DNA of 63,035 nt, counting the filler, from Chiloscyllium plagiosum (lineage: Eukaryota): assembly GCF_004010195.1 (NCBI RefSeq). It is 7 parts of one record of this genome, joined end to end, with 100 filler letters (N's around TTAATTAATTAA, not from the genome) between each part and the next. Parts side by side here need not be neighbours in the genome. Positions count along the whole stretch, not along the records: positions 20,336 to 26,007 come from NC_057717.1; positions 26,108 to 37,685 come from NC_057717.1; positions 37,786 to 51,028 come from NC_057717.1; 4 more parts are not named here. One strand, given 5' to 3'. The notes below the pieces were generated by a model. The model saw only the letters and a program-made list of their open reading frames with translations, was not told the origin of the DNA and made no database searches. Made by a program: the position numbers and the translations under genes. Of the stretch, positions 26,005 through 38,999 are shown piece by piece (the first letter of the stretch is position 1; the number at the start of each line of letters is the position of its first letter).

Positions 26005-26007
26005 ACA
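25869..26007. repeat. (CA)n microsatellite running into gap
   Basis: Direct observation. Confidence 0.95.
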
Positions 26008-26107
26008 NNNNNNNNNNNNNNNNNNNNNNNNNNNNNNNNNNNNNNNNNNNNTTAATTAATTAANNNNNNNNNNNNNNNNNNNNNNNNNNNNNNNNNNNNN
26101 NNNNNNN
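26008..26107. other. Artificial contig spacer
   Basis: Same structure; follows a (CA)n tract. Confidence 0.97.
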
Positions 26108-27850
26108 GGAAACAAGAAAAAGTGATGTTTTGAAACGAGGCCACGTTAAAGAAAAGGCAGTGCTGGAGGTCTTAAATGCATAACCATAGACAAATAAGCA
26201 GGACCTGTTCAAGTTTATCCCAGGTAATTGTGGGAAGTGGGGAAAAATGCAGGGCCTTGAGCTGAGATATTAGTATTCTTCCCCAGAGTTCTGAGGAAGG
26301 GTCAGTGGTTCCAAAACATTAGCTCTGACTTCTCTGCATAGATGCTATTAAACCTACTAAGCTTTCCCATTACCTCTGTCGTTGTTTCTGAGTTACCAAA
26401 CCTGCAGTTCTTTCAATATTTTATTTATATCATTGATAGCAAATCGTGATGTGTGGGAGGACTGGGGGCATCTAATGTTGTGACTTTAGTTTTAAAAAGG
26501 CTGCAAGAAAAAGTCAGAGTACGACAGATTGGTGAGTCATATCAGGGCTGGGGAATTCTTTGGAGGAGATTCGGAGAGATAGGATTTACATGCATTTAGA
26601 AAGGCAAGGACTGATTAGGGATAGTCAGCATGTTTTTCTTTCTTCTGTGGGAAAACGTGTCTCAGAAACTACATTGCAATTTTTGACGAGGGGACCCAGA
26701 AGATAGATGAAGGTAAAACAGCATATGTTGCTTATGTGGACATTAGTGAGGCTCAACAGAATTCGTCATGGTCGACTGTTTAATAAGTTTAAATCACAGA
26801 GGTTCAGGGACAGCCAGCCAGCTTGACAATAGGAGACAGAGCGTGCTGGGAGAGATTTGTTGTTCGAACCAGTGGCCTCTGTACAGAAGTGTGCCAAAAG
26901 GATTAGGCTGCTGCTGTTCATTGATTTGGTAAATGATTTGGATCAGAATGTAGAAACCATTGATAGTAAGTTCGTAGGTGAAACCAAAATATGTTATATT
27001 ATGGACAGTGAAAAGGGCTATTTATGAGAACAATGAGATCCTGAGCAACTGAGGTATTGGGCCCAGGATTGGCAGATGGAGCTTTATGCAGACAATGCGT
27101 GTTGTTGCATTTTGCTCGACAAATCAGGGCAGAATTCATTTAGTTAACGGTAGGGCACTGGGGAGTGTCACCAAATAGAAAATCCCAGGTGTGCAGTTGC
27201 ATTGTTTCATGAAATTATAGATGCCGGCAGATAGGCCAATGAAGAGGTGTTCGGCACGCTTGCCTTTTTGTCCATCTTGATATGGCAGTACAAAGGAATG
27301 GTAAGATCGCACTTGAAGTACTGAGTCCGTTTCTTCTAGCCCTGTTGTGAGAAAGATGTTGTTAGCTGGAAAACGGATAGAAATATTTAAAACGACGTGA
27401 CAGAGGATGATTTGAGATATATGGGTAGGTTGGGAGTTTGTTCCCTTTGTGTCGAAGGCTGAGGGGTGACTTTAAAGAGTTGTATAAAATCATGAGAGAC
27501 ATGGACAGGATGAATAGACAAGATTATTTCCCCAAGATTGGGTGTCAAAAACCAGACAGTTGAGGTTTAATGTGTGAGGGAAAAGATTTAACACTGATGT
27601 GAAGGACAGATTTTTTCTGACAAAGGGCGGTGTTTATATGTGAGAAGCTGTCAGAGGAAATGTAGAGTCGAATATAATTACAACGATTAAAAGAAAATTG
27701 GATGGGTTCGTGAATAGGAAAGGTTTAGAGGTGTGTGTGCCAAAAGATGAAGAATACAAGTCATTGACTTTAGGAAATCTGGTGAGCATGGACGAGTTGA
27801 TCCGAAGGGGCTGATGCATATTGCATGACTCTAAAAGTTTATGATTCTAC
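26108..27850 (+). mobile_element. CR1 LINE ORF2 through 3' end, decayed
   Basis: Colinear CR1 RT motifs (ggactgattagggatagtcagcat, aagttcgtaggtgaaaccaaa, tggcagatggag) ending in a CR1-type tail. Confidence 0.85.
26284..26425 (+). mobile_element. PLE-derived half-element inserted in CR1, with hammerhead fold
   Basis: cagagtt-CTGAGGA-A-GGGTC-agtg-GTTCC-AAAAC-ATT-agctctg (7-bp stem I). Confidence 0.75.
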
Positions 27851-28199
27851 ATCTCCACATACATCACTAATTCTTCATTGCTCTCAATTCAGTTTCAATT
27901 CAAAAATTCTCTAGACAGACATTCAATGATCTAGATCTCCGAACTTTCTTAAATAGAGAATTCCTGACGTAATATGGTCCGGTAGAGCACAGCAGCAGCA
28001 GAAGCACAATTATGTTCAAGTACAGTCCACAACTTATTGCCCGAACTTACACCTCAGTCTACCATCACAATCAAGCAGATCTACGGTTCAGTGACGAGTG
28101 TGCGTGAACATGTCAGTGTCAGAATCATGTGCACCTAAACCTAATGACAACGTGTTAAAGCTACAGCATTTGACTACTTACATTCCAAACAGTAGGGCT

Positions 28200-29310
28200 A
28201 ACGTCTGGTAGAGAGAGCGATATGATCCCAAGAGCAACAGACCAGCAGTCTTGCCACATTCAGTCATAAATGGTGATGGACTGTTGAATAACTCACTGAA
28301 GGTGTGGGGTCTACAAATATCCGCAACAAACAGAGATAACAGCCATGTGCATCAGTCGAAATGTCAAGGAAGTAGTCTCTGTATCATCCTCAAACAAAAG
28401 TGCTGAGTCGATGATCCAAATCACACTTGTCATGATACCCACAGAATCACAGATGCCAGTCGTCAACCAATTCCAGTTGCTGCACGTGACAAGAAGAAAC
28501 AGCTGAATGCAGTAGGCATGGCAAAGGCATTGGGCCCAAATACCATTCCTGAAATTGGATTGAAGACTTGTGCTGCAGAACAAAACGTGTCCCTGAGGAA
28601 GATGTTTCATTTCAGAGTTGAAATCTTGAAATCTGCCTGGCATCGTAAAAAATAACTAAACTATGTTCAGTCCCAAAGAGGGCCACAACCTGACCATTTA
28701 GCCTGCCCACAGTCTCATCACAGTAGACACGTGAGTCGCTTTCGTTTTGTCTGAGCTGTTCAGCAGCACAGAAATAAGCTGGTCAATTGGTTTCTGATAG
28801 GTCCTAATGTGGAGAATTTGTTGTTATGGACATATCACTAGATTTCTAATACAGACCAGTTTAACTCTCTGGCAGTGGGTGAGTGTTAAAAAACATCAAT
28901 AAAATATCGAAATCAAAAATCTGGCGTCAATACTAGTGACCACGAAGTCACCATCGATTGGATACACTAATTTGCTTCACCAATGTACTTTCAGGAAGTG
29001 AATTTCCCGTGTTTTCCTGTTTTGGCTTAAAAGTGACTCCAGTCACACAGACATATGATAAACTATTCAATCATCTCTGAAACTGCCAAGCAAGGCACTC
29101 GATTGTCTCAAACTACTCCGACGTCTTAAAGAATGAAACTGGTGACAACACCCGGCACCAGCATTGAAATCTGAAAAGGAAATGTAAATCACATTAGACC
29201 CTGCAGATACCTCCTGCCAACCATCTGACAGCTTGTGACAACACTTACAGAGCTTCCCCACAGACTGCACACAAATATCGGGAAAGGAGTAAGACAATCA
29301 TCACATGGAC
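28200..29310 (+). mobile_element. L2/CR1-group LINE fragments, including a SINE-like (possibly MetaSINE-domain) 5' region at about 28915-29105
   Basis: tggtgatggactgttgaataactcactgaaggtg and gcaaaggcattgggcccaaataccattcc (KAxGPDxIP-like); gtgaccacgaag..atcgatt..ttcaccaatgtactttcaggaagtgaattt..gtgactccag. Family label recalled, not searched. Confidence 0.5.
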
Positions 29311-29399
29311 CTTCCCCATTCTACTTCATGGTCGAACATCTCTTCAATGCATTTTTCCCAAACAATGTTCACATACCTTAATATTATTGACCTTGGGAA

Positions 29400-30760
29400 A
29401 ATATAAAATAGGAACTGAAATTGGTTCTTCGAATTTTCCACCCTATCCAACATAATGATGGCTGATCCGTTAACCCCACACCGTATTCCAGCTCTCTCCC
29501 TATCGATTCAGTATCTAGAAAACCTCATTTATATTCAGTACCTTTGGTTCCACTGCCTTTTGTGGAAGATAATTCCACAGGTTCACCAGTCCCTGAGTTC
29601 AGGCATTTATTCTCATCTCAATGCAGAGTAGCCTGCTCTGCCAAATACTGACCCATTGTTTGCGACATCCCGGCCTCGGGAATTATCGTCCTAGATTCCA
29701 ATCTGTCTCGCCCTCTCAGACTTTTCTCGCTGAGATCGCTACTCATTTTCCTGAACCCGATGGAAAACAGACCCACTCGACGCAAACTCTGCTTCCACAG
29801 AGAACCTGCCATCCCAGAAATCAGTCTGGCCGTCCTGCACTGTCTTAATGTCAGGTTTATCCTTTATAAAGTAGGGAGACCAAAACTTTACACAATACAG
29901 CACAATGTTCCAGATGAGATTGCACCAAGGTCCTGCATAGTTTGCGTGAGACACGCTAAGTCCTTTACTCAAATCACCATGAAATGAAGGTCAATACACC
30001 ATTTATCTTCCTAACTGTTCCCTGCTGCTGCAATTTTGCTTTCAGTGACTCATGTACGAAGAAATCCAGATCCTTTTCAATGTTTCAGCTGCCTAATTGC
30101 TGGTTCAATGTACACTGGTCAGCACTGGTCTTGCCCAATATTGACTGCTGGTTTCAGAACTCACTGCCCTGCATTGACTTCGGCGGTCTGCACAGAAGAA
30201 ACCAAAAAAAAAGGCGCAAGTTCCTTTAAAGATTTTTTTTATATCGTCCCTTTTGAAATGATAAGCCAATGCTCTATTTTTCCAACCGAATTGTACAACG
30301 TCATACCCACCCCAATTGCTCTTCACCTGCCACATATTTGCCCATTCACTGCAATTATCTCAATCACCTTGGAGCTTTTTCACGTCCTCCTCGCCCACTC
30401 ATAGTCCAACATCGTTCAGTGCTATCAGCAGACTGGGATATATTGCATTTGATTCTCTTTACCAAATGTTTGAGATGCATTGAGAATAGCTGGGGTCGAA
30501 GCACCGATCGATGTGACATTCCATGATCTTTCAACTTCAAATCAGATCGTTTTATTCCTGTTCGCTGTTTCGTGTCAGCTCTCCTATTCTAAAACCATCT
30601 CAATACTTCGGCCCCACTCCTATAACATTTGACTTTGCCCACTCGGCCAGACTGTTGATCAAAAGTCTTTCCGAAGATTTAAATGCATTGCTTCCATTGC
30701 TTCTCCGTAAGCATCAACCAGTCAATTCCTCAAATATGTTTATCATTTCATGTTGACTTG
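29400..30760 (-). mobile_element. Old CR1 3'/RT fragments
   Basis: KFWSPYFIKD, GLFSIGFRKMSSDL and tail-like sequence near 29400. Confidence 0.7.
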
Positions 30761-30784
30761 TCTACACGGCGACCGATGACATAT

Positions 30785-33000
30785 GAACATAAAAGCTCGG
30801 ACCAGGAGTAGGCTGTCTGGACCTTCGAGCCTTCTTTGCAATTCAGTAAGATCACAGCTGATCTTTTCATGCTCTCAGCCCGACATACCTGCTCTCTCGC
30901 CATGATCCTTAATTGCTTTACAGTTCACAAGGTTATCTATCTTAGCTTCAAAGACATTCAATGACAAAGACTCAACGACTTCATAAGCCAAGGAATTCCA
31001 CAGATTCACAGCCTTCATAGTCAAGAAGTTCCTTCTCAATTCAGTCCGAATTCTGATACCCAGAAGTTTGAGGCTATACTCTCTTGTCATAGCTTCACCT
31101 GCCATTGGAAACAACCTCTCTACTTCTCTAGTATCTATTCCCTCCATGATTTCACGTGTTTTCAATAAGAGCTTCCCCTCATTCTTCTAAATTCCAATAA
31201 ATAGATAATCCCAGTGAAGTCAGTCTCTCCTCATAAGCCAATCCACTCAACTACGGAATCAACCTTGTAAACCTCCTCTGCAATAACTCGAGGGTCAGTA
31301 TTTCTTTTCTTAAGTAGGGAGACCAACACTTCATAATGTACTCCAGGTGTGGCCTCATCAGCACGTTATACATCTGCAACATGAACGCGTTGCTTCAAAC
31401 TCAATCTGTTTCACAATGTAGGGCAAAATTTCATTTGCCTTCGTAATTAGCTGTTGCGGTTGAAGGACTAACCTCTGTATTTCGTGCACAAGAACACTCA
31501 GTTTCCCCTTCACAGAAGCATGCTGCAATCTTTACCTTTCAAATAATAGTTCCATTGATACTTTTCCTACCAAATTGGATGATTTCACCTTTATTAATGC
31601 TGTACTCCATGTACTAGAGATTTTCCACTCACTTAAACTAGCTGCGTCCCTTTGCAATGTTTCACATTCCTCTGCACACTTTGCCCTACCACTCATCTTA
31701 TTGTCATCCCCAACATTTGAGAAAATACACGTGGTCCGCAAGTCCAAATCGTTCATGTAAATTGTGCATAATTGTGAACCCAACACCGAGGACTGAGGCA
31801 CACCACTAGTCACTGATCAATGAACAGAAACTTACTAATTTTTCACACTCTTTGCTTCCTGTTAGCTAACTGATCCTCTATCCATGTTAACATATTAATG
31901 GCAATGTCATGCATTTTTACCTTTTGCAGCAGCCTTTTGTGCTCGAATTAGATTAGATTACTTACAGTGTGGAAACAGGCCCTTCGGCCCAACAAGTCCA
32001 CACCGCCCCGCCGCAGCGCAACCCACCCATACCCCTACATTTAGTGCCGCCCACCACTGTGCCACCGTGCCGCCCACCACTGTGCCACCGTGCCGCCCAC
32101 CACTGTGCCACCGTGCCGCCCACCACTGTGCCACCGTGCCGCCCACCACTGTGCCACCGTGCCGCCCACCACTGTGCCACCGTGCCGCCCAAATGTCATC
32201 CCCAACATTTGCAGAATGTTTTTCTGCAAATCTAGATACATCTCATCTACTGGGTCATCGCCGTCGTAATGTCTTCATAGAATTGCGATGGATTAATTAA
32301 TCATGACCTGCCTTTTAAAACGATGTTGTGTCTTTGGAATGTGATCATTTCTCTCTCGTTGCCTTAATATTTCTTCTTCATATTAGATTGAATTATTTTC
32401 CCATCGACAGAACTTAAGCTTAACGGTCAAGAATTCCCCACCTTTTGTCTATGTCCCTTTATTAACTAATTTGGTCACACTTGTTGTTTTCGAATCAGCT
32501 TGAAGCTGCACCAGACTACAGTGAATTTAGGGAAAAACAAATCCACATGTGCATTTGTTATATCTCCTCTGTTTATACCCAGGTATGCGTTCCATCCGGG
32601 TCAGGAGACTGAACTACCTTTCGCTCCTTTAGCTTGCCCAACACCATACCTTCTGTAATAATGACTGCTTTCTGTTACTCACATACATTCACCTCTTTGT
32701 CGTTTACTGGCACGTTATTGGAGTCCTCCACCGTTATCCACAGTAAAGTAAATTGTCCAAACATTCACTGTTCCACATTTGAATGTGCTTTTGTTATGCT
32801 TTCAAATTTAGATGGAGATTATGCGTCAGTCTTTACGTTTCTTGTTAGGTTGCATTCTTGTTCATTTGTTTATTACCTTATCAGTTTATTAGTCCTCTTT
32901 TGTTGCGTCCAAAATTTCAATAAATCTACAATATCTGTCATTTTTCTGAGCTACTTTATTTGATCCAATGCAATGTTTAACTTATTTTGTTAACCATCGT
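30785..33000 (-). mobile_element. CR1 LINE ORF2/3' end, decayed, with SINE insertion
   Basis: TSGVPQSSVLGSQLCTIYMNDLD..GDDNK; RTELRRNFLTMKAVNLWNSL; tail ggagtaggctgtctggaccttcgagcc. Confidence 0.9.
31949..32190 (-). mobile_element. Rearranged SINE: 3' tail joined to 6.4 tandem copies of the 23-bp 5' terminus
   Basis: Tail 31949-32043 nearly identical to 51659-51752; perfect (GTGCCGCCCACCACTGTGCCACC)6 plus GTGCCGCCC at 32044-32190. Confidence 0.9.
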
Positions 33001-33896
33001 TAAATAAAGTTTTCCTTTTGTTATTTGAACGTTGGATAGGTATATGTGCATTGGATACCTTACAGCGTTTCTCTAAATAACAGACATTGCCTGCCTTTCA
33101 TTAAATCTTTTACATGTACTTTTCGAATACACTGAAGCCAACTTATTCCTCATGCCTTATGGTATGCATGAATGACATATATACGCGTAATTTAAGAAAA
33201 TAAATTACTTTGTATTCAGACGTCATGTAAAATTCAGTACATGATGATCACTATTCCTAAAAGCAAAGTTTTCATGCAGCTCTTCTGATCAAACAATACA
33301 ATTTCAAAAATCGACTGATTTCTAGCTTGGTGCTCAACGTTCTGCTAACGCAACCCATCTCATATACGCTTTTGAAATCCATTTCGCAGCATGAGCATTT
33401 ACCTGGGTTAACACTGTTTAGATGCAACTTGAAACTGTCCATTGTTACTGCAGTACCGACCAACCTGCGTATCTAATTTACTGTTTTATCACATGCCCAA
33501 AATTGTAATGCAGCTTTCAATTTGATGCCATCAATGTTTGTTTCTACTTTCTGTTGTTAAGCTCCACCTCACCAGATTCTGTGGAATCTGGGTGACGTGA
33601 GCTCTGGCGAAATTAATGGTAGATTCAGGCGAGATGTTTGGCGGGTATCGTTGTTACATTTTTACTTGATCTCACGTTATGCTAGTGGAGTAGAGAAGGG
33701 CAATGATCTTTCAACAATACTGTGCATTCCCTCAGACAGCTGAGGCTGCTACAACCTTGGTGCCGCTGCTATACAGGATCACAGCGAGATCACATCTGGA
33801 GTAGTGTGGACAGATTTAATGTCCTCACATGAGGAAACGAAATTGGAATTACCTCAGATTATTCCCTGAAATAATTTGTGCAACAAAGCTCTTAAT

Positions 33897-34245
33897 CATA
33901 GAATCCGTACAGTGTGGAAGCAGGCCATTTGACACATCGACTCCACACTGATCCTTCGAAGACCATCCCAATCAAACCCCGCCCCCTACCCAATCTCTGT
34001 ATACTGGCATTTACCATCACTGACCCACCGAGCCTCCACATTTTCGGATATCATGGGTAATTTAGCTTGGCCAAACCACCAAACCCGCACATCTTAGAAG
34101 TGCGGGAGGAAACGGGAGTACCAGATGAAAAACCTTGCAGACGTAGGGAGAATGTTCAACCTCCACACAGACAGAGATCCAACACTGAATGTGAACCCAG
34201 ATCTCTGGTCCTGTGAGGCGGCAAATCTCACCACTGAGGTAGCCA
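33897..34245 (-). mobile_element. Decayed HE1/V-SINE-type SINE
   Basis: catagaatccgtacagtgtggaagcaggcc..gggtaatttagcttggcc..ctgtgaggcggc. Confidence 0.8.
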
Positions 34246-34984
34246 GTGTGAGCAACGCAACGCGCCTGTACAATTCCGTCCTGCAAATGTGGCATAACAG
34301 CATGGAGATTCAAACATATCATTCAGCAACAGGAGGAGAACAATGAGGGCTTGAGCGGCTTTGTCGGTGAGCAGGAGCAGGACAAGCAAGCCATCGAGAA
34401 TATATTGTCGTAACACCAGCAGGCCATTCAGCCCATCGAGTGTACAAATCATCAACACAATGAGTCCATTCAGCCACTCCTGCCGCTTATACAGCAATTG
34501 GAACAGACATTTTACAGCCCTGTACCGGGTACACAGGAATTAAAAGGGAACGCAGAGGTTATAGAAAGGGATGCTTTTAGAATAACCAACTTCTCTATGG
34601 AGTGAAAAGTAGTGAGCAAACTGTTGGGATTGAAGTCAAATTGTTAGAGTTTGTTATGGAGGAATTAATAAGAGGCGATTTTCAAAGTCAAGTCAGAGTC
34701 CATCATAGACAACATGATTTTATGAAGGATAAATCATGTTTGAATGATTTGCCTGAATATCTTTTTCTAAATTATGTCAAGCAAGATGGATAATGGGGAT
34801 ACTATAGATGTATTATATCTGGAGTTAAATTCTGCATTACATAATGCGCCACACAAAAGATTAATGTGCAAGAGATGAGCAAAAGGGTTTCATTTTTAAA
34901 AAAACTGCATGGAGAGGGGATTGGCTAATCAATGATGTCCAACATATGGAGTTGGTTGTGTTTGAACTGGGTTGGACAAGATCA

Positions 34985-35070
34985 AAAATCGCACAGCACC
35001 AGGTTATACTCCAAGAGGTTATTTTTTTAAAAAAAGACAGGCTTTCAGAGCGCTGCTTGTCCATCGGATG
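34985..35070 (-). mobile_element. PLE terminal repeat of another family (also 16912-16973), decayed hammerhead
   Basis: aaaaatcgcacagcaccaggttata..gctttcagagcgctgcttgtccatcgg; minus strand CCGATGG..AGC-agc-GCT-ct-GAAAG. Confidence 0.55.
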
Positions 35071-35103
35071 TTAGTGAGAGACAAAGACCTGAGACATCGA
35101 ACT

Positions 35104-37685
35104 TAGAACATAGAAGATAGAACAGAACAGCACAGAGCAGGCCCTTCAGCCCACGATGTTGTGCCCATCATTGATCCTTTTGAATGCACCCTCACATTTC
35201 TGTGACTATATGCATGTCCAGCAGTCTCTTAAATGTCCGCAATGACCTTGCTTCCACAACCGCTGCTGGCAACGCTTTCCATGCTCTCACAGCTCTTTGC
35301 GTAAAGAACCGGTCTCTGACATCCCCTCTATACTTTCTTCCAACCAGCTTAAAACTAAATCCCCTCGTGTTAGTCATTTCCGCCCTGGGAAATATAATCT
35401 GGCTATCGACTCTATCTGTGCCTCTCATTATATTGTGTACCTCAATTAGGGCCCCTCTCCTCCTCCTTTTCTCCAATGAAAAAAGTCCAAACTCAGTCAA
35501 CCTCTAACCATAAGATAAGCCCTCCAGTCCAGCCAGCATCCTGGTAAACCTCCTCTGAACCCTCTCCAAAGCATCCACACCTTTCCGAAAATAGGGCGAC
35601 CAGAACTGGACGCAGTGTTCCAAGTGCGGTCTAACAAAAGTTTTATAGAGCTGCAAAAAATCTTAAACTCAACCCCCCTGTTAATGAAAGCCAAAACACC
35701 TTATGCTTTCTTAACAACCCTGTCCACTTGGGTGGCCATTTTAAGGGATCTATGTACCTGCACACTAAGATCCCTCTGTTCTTCCACACTGCCAAGAATC
35801 CTATCCTTAAACCTGTACTCAGCTTTCAAATTCAACCTTCCAAAAAGCATTACCTCGCATTTATCCAGGTTGAACTCCATCTGCCACCTCTCAGCCCATC
35901 CCTGCATCCTGTCAATGTCCCACTGTAGCCTACAACAGCCCTCTATACTATCAACGATACCTCCAAACTTTGTGTCTTCTGCTAACTTGCTGAGCCATCC
36001 TTCAATCCCCTCATCCAAGTCATTAATAAAAATTACAAACAGTAGAGGCCCAATAACAGAGCCCTGTGGAACACCACTCATCACTGAATTCAAGGCAGAA
36101 TATTTTCCTTCTACTACCACTCACTATCTTCTGTTGGCCAGCCAATTCTATATCTAGACAGCTAAGTTCCCCTGTATCCCATTCCTCCTGACCTTCCGAA
36201 TGAGCCTACCATGGGAACCCTTATCAAATGCCTTGCTGAAGTATATGTACACCACATCCACAGCTCGACCCTCATCAACCTTTCTAGTCACATCCTCAAA
36301 GAACTCGATATGGTTTGTGAGGCATGACTTACCCCTCACAAAGCCGTGTTGACTGCATTTAATCAAGCCATGCTCTTCCAATTGGTCATAAATCCTATCC
36401 CTCAGAATCCTTTCTAACACATTGACGTGAGACTTACTGGTCTGTAATTGCTGCGGATTTCCCAATTTCCTTTCTTGAAGAGAGGAATTACATTTGCCTC
36501 TCTCCAGTCCTCAGGTACGACTCCAATGGAGAGCGAGGATGAAAAGATCTTCGCAAGTGGCGAAACAATTGCATTTCTCGTTTCCCAAAGCAGCCGAAGA
36601 CAAATCTTGTCCGGGCCTGGCGACTTGTCGATCTTAATGTTTGACAAAGTTTTCAGCTTTCTCTCTCTCTATCCATTCCAGCATGCACACCTGCTCTTCA
36701 AAGGTTTCATTGACTACAAAGTTCGTTTCTTTCCTAAAGACAGAAGCAAAAAACTCATTTATGGCTTCCACTACCTCCTTAGACTCCACACGCAAGTTCT
36801 CTATGCTATCCCTGATCGGCCCTACTCTTTCTTTGACCATCCTCTTATTCCTCACATAAGTGTAAAATTCCTTTGTGTTCTCCCTAATCCGTTCTGCCAA
36901 GACTTTCTCGTGCCCCCTTCTGGATCTCCTCAGACAGTTTTTGTGCTCCTTCCTCGCCTGCCTGTCATCCTCTTGAGCTGAGCTTGACCCTAGTTTCCTC
37001 CACCATATGTAAACTACCTTCTTCCTTTTGACGAGAAGCTCCATCCGCTCTCCTCATCCAAGTTTCCTTTAGCTTACTCCTTGCCTGTCTCAGAGGGACA
37101 TATTTATTCATCACAAGCAACAACTGTTCCTTAAGCAGTCTCCACATGTCTATATTGCCTTTACCATGGAACAATTGCTCCCAGTCCATGATTCCTAACT
37201 CATGTATAATCGCACCATAGTTTCCTATTCCCCAATTAAATTAGATTAGATTAGATTTTAGATGAGATTACTTTCAGTGTGGAAACAGGCCCTTCGGCCC
37301 AACAAGTCCACACTGACCCGCCGAAGCGCACCCACCCATACCCATTCCCCTACATTTACCCCTGCATCTAACACTACGGGTAATTTAGCGTGGCCGTTTC
37401 ACCTAACCTGCACATTTTTGGACTGTGGGAGCACCCGGAGGAAACCCACGCAAACTCCACACAGTCAGTCGCCTGAGGCGGGAATATCCTCCCATTTTGC
37501 CTAATCATCTCCTTCTCCATAGCTATGTAGAAAGTGAGGCAGTTCTGGTCACTATCACCAAAATGCTCTCCCACCACAAGCTCTGATACCTGCCCCGGCT
37601 CGTTACCGTGCACCAAGTCCAGATTGGTCTCTCCCCTCGTCGGCCTGTCAACGTACTGAGTTAGGAAACCCTCCTGAACACACCT
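35104..37685 (-). mobile_element. Best-preserved CR1/HER1-like LINE (end of EN, RT, 3' UTR); pseudogenised and cut by gap
   Basis: DKSPGPDKI, NYRPVSLTS, SQHGFVRGKSCLTN, YFSKAFDK, SGVPQGSVIGPLLFVIFINDLD, SKLAEDTK (catalytic ADD altered), WQMEFNLDKC; (TTCTATG)-type tail; several frameshifts. Confidence 0.95.
37241..37485 (-). mobile_element. 5'-truncated SINE nested in CR1
   Basis: (TAGAT)n tail plus body ending inside the B box; CR1 resumes in register on both sides. Confidence 0.9.
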
Positions 37686-37785
37686 NNNNNNNNNNNNNNN
37701 NNNNNNNNNNNNNNNNNNNNNNNNNNNNNTTAATTAATTAANNNNNNNNNNNNNNNNNNNNNNNNNNNNNNNNNNNNNNNNNNNN
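37686..37785. other. Artificial contig spacer
   Basis: Same structure; truncates a CR1 copy and a PLE copy. Confidence 0.97.
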
Positions 37786-38630
37786 CTATTTATTTCTGTC
37801 TCTTGGTCTGCCAATGTGAGTGATACAAATTCCGGTTCGTTTTCTTTTATTCAGAGGTTGGTAAATGGGATCCAAATCGATGTGTTTATTGATGGAGTTG
37901 CTGTTTGAATGCCACGCCCATTAGGCACTCCCGTTCATGTCTCTGTTTAGCCTGTCCCCGAATGGGATGTGATGTCAAATCGTAGTGATGTCCTACTTCA
38001 TCTCTGTTTCAGGAAAGTAGTGATAGCTGATCATGCGTTTTGATTACTACTTAGTGTTCATGTCTCCTGGTGGCTAGTTTCCCGCCTGTCCGATAGCGTG
38101 CTGGTAGCGACAAATCTACTAACAAAATGAAACTGCTACTGATGAACCTAAAGCACCTTTGAGCAACAACGAGCAAAACGAATGCCATTTACAAAAAGCA
38201 CGGTAGGGACTGCAAGAAACATTACATTGGAGAAAGAGTCAGACATCTAAACTCAAGGATACATTAACACCAACTAGCCACGATAAGACATGACTAGCTA
38301 ACACTAGTATCCTTACACGCAGACGAACAAAGACACTCCTTCAACTGCAACTTCACACCCACCTCGGACTGGCTGAACAGCGACACGCATGGGCATTCTC
38401 TGAGCTCTGGCATTCAAACCGGAACTCCATCATTTAATACATCTGAATGGATTGCATTTAACAACTTCTGAGAAAAAGAACTGGAAAATATATCACCCAC
38501 CTTAACAGACGAAGATAAATAAATAGAAGACAGGACAGAACACCAGCGCTTCAACTGAGCTCAGTGATGATGTTCCCGCAAATGGTGACGATACTTCTGA
38601 GAACAAACTACCAGCTCAGCGAGCAAACGT
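37786..38630 (+). mobile_element. Penelope-like element (Poseidon type) GIY-YIG region with inverted 5' copy
   Basis: NAIYKKHGRDCKKHYIGE (GIY-YIG) at about 38181-38235; 37786-38095 is an inverted copy of the downstream part; decayed hammerhead at 38561-38600. Confidence 0.85.
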
Positions 38631-38999
38631 AACTGAGTGGGTAATGGTGGGAAGTCACGTGTGAGAGAAATGCGATGTAGTGTCCCAATGGAGTGGAAAT
38701 TAATGACTGAGATGATCGCGATGCAGTGAAAAAGGTGAATTGAATGTAATGACTCAAGAGAGAGAACACAGAGTTTTAGATTCCAGTCGTAATGCAGAGG
38801 CCATTCGACCAACGGTAAACTACCACTTTCATAAATCTCACTTTCTCCAAATAAACCCATAGTTTTGGATATGATGATACTTCAAGTGTTGCTTCACTAC
38901 ATTTTACTGTTTGAAATGTTTCCCACCTGAACTGTCCTCCCAACCAATGCAGCACAAACACCAATACCACTTCTGCAAATTTGCTTTTACTCGAAAAGC

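Noticed and set aside
31958..32300. Overlapping repetitive ORFs (VVGGTVAQWWAARWHSGGRH)
   Set aside because: Products of the stop-free 23-bp SINE-head repeat.
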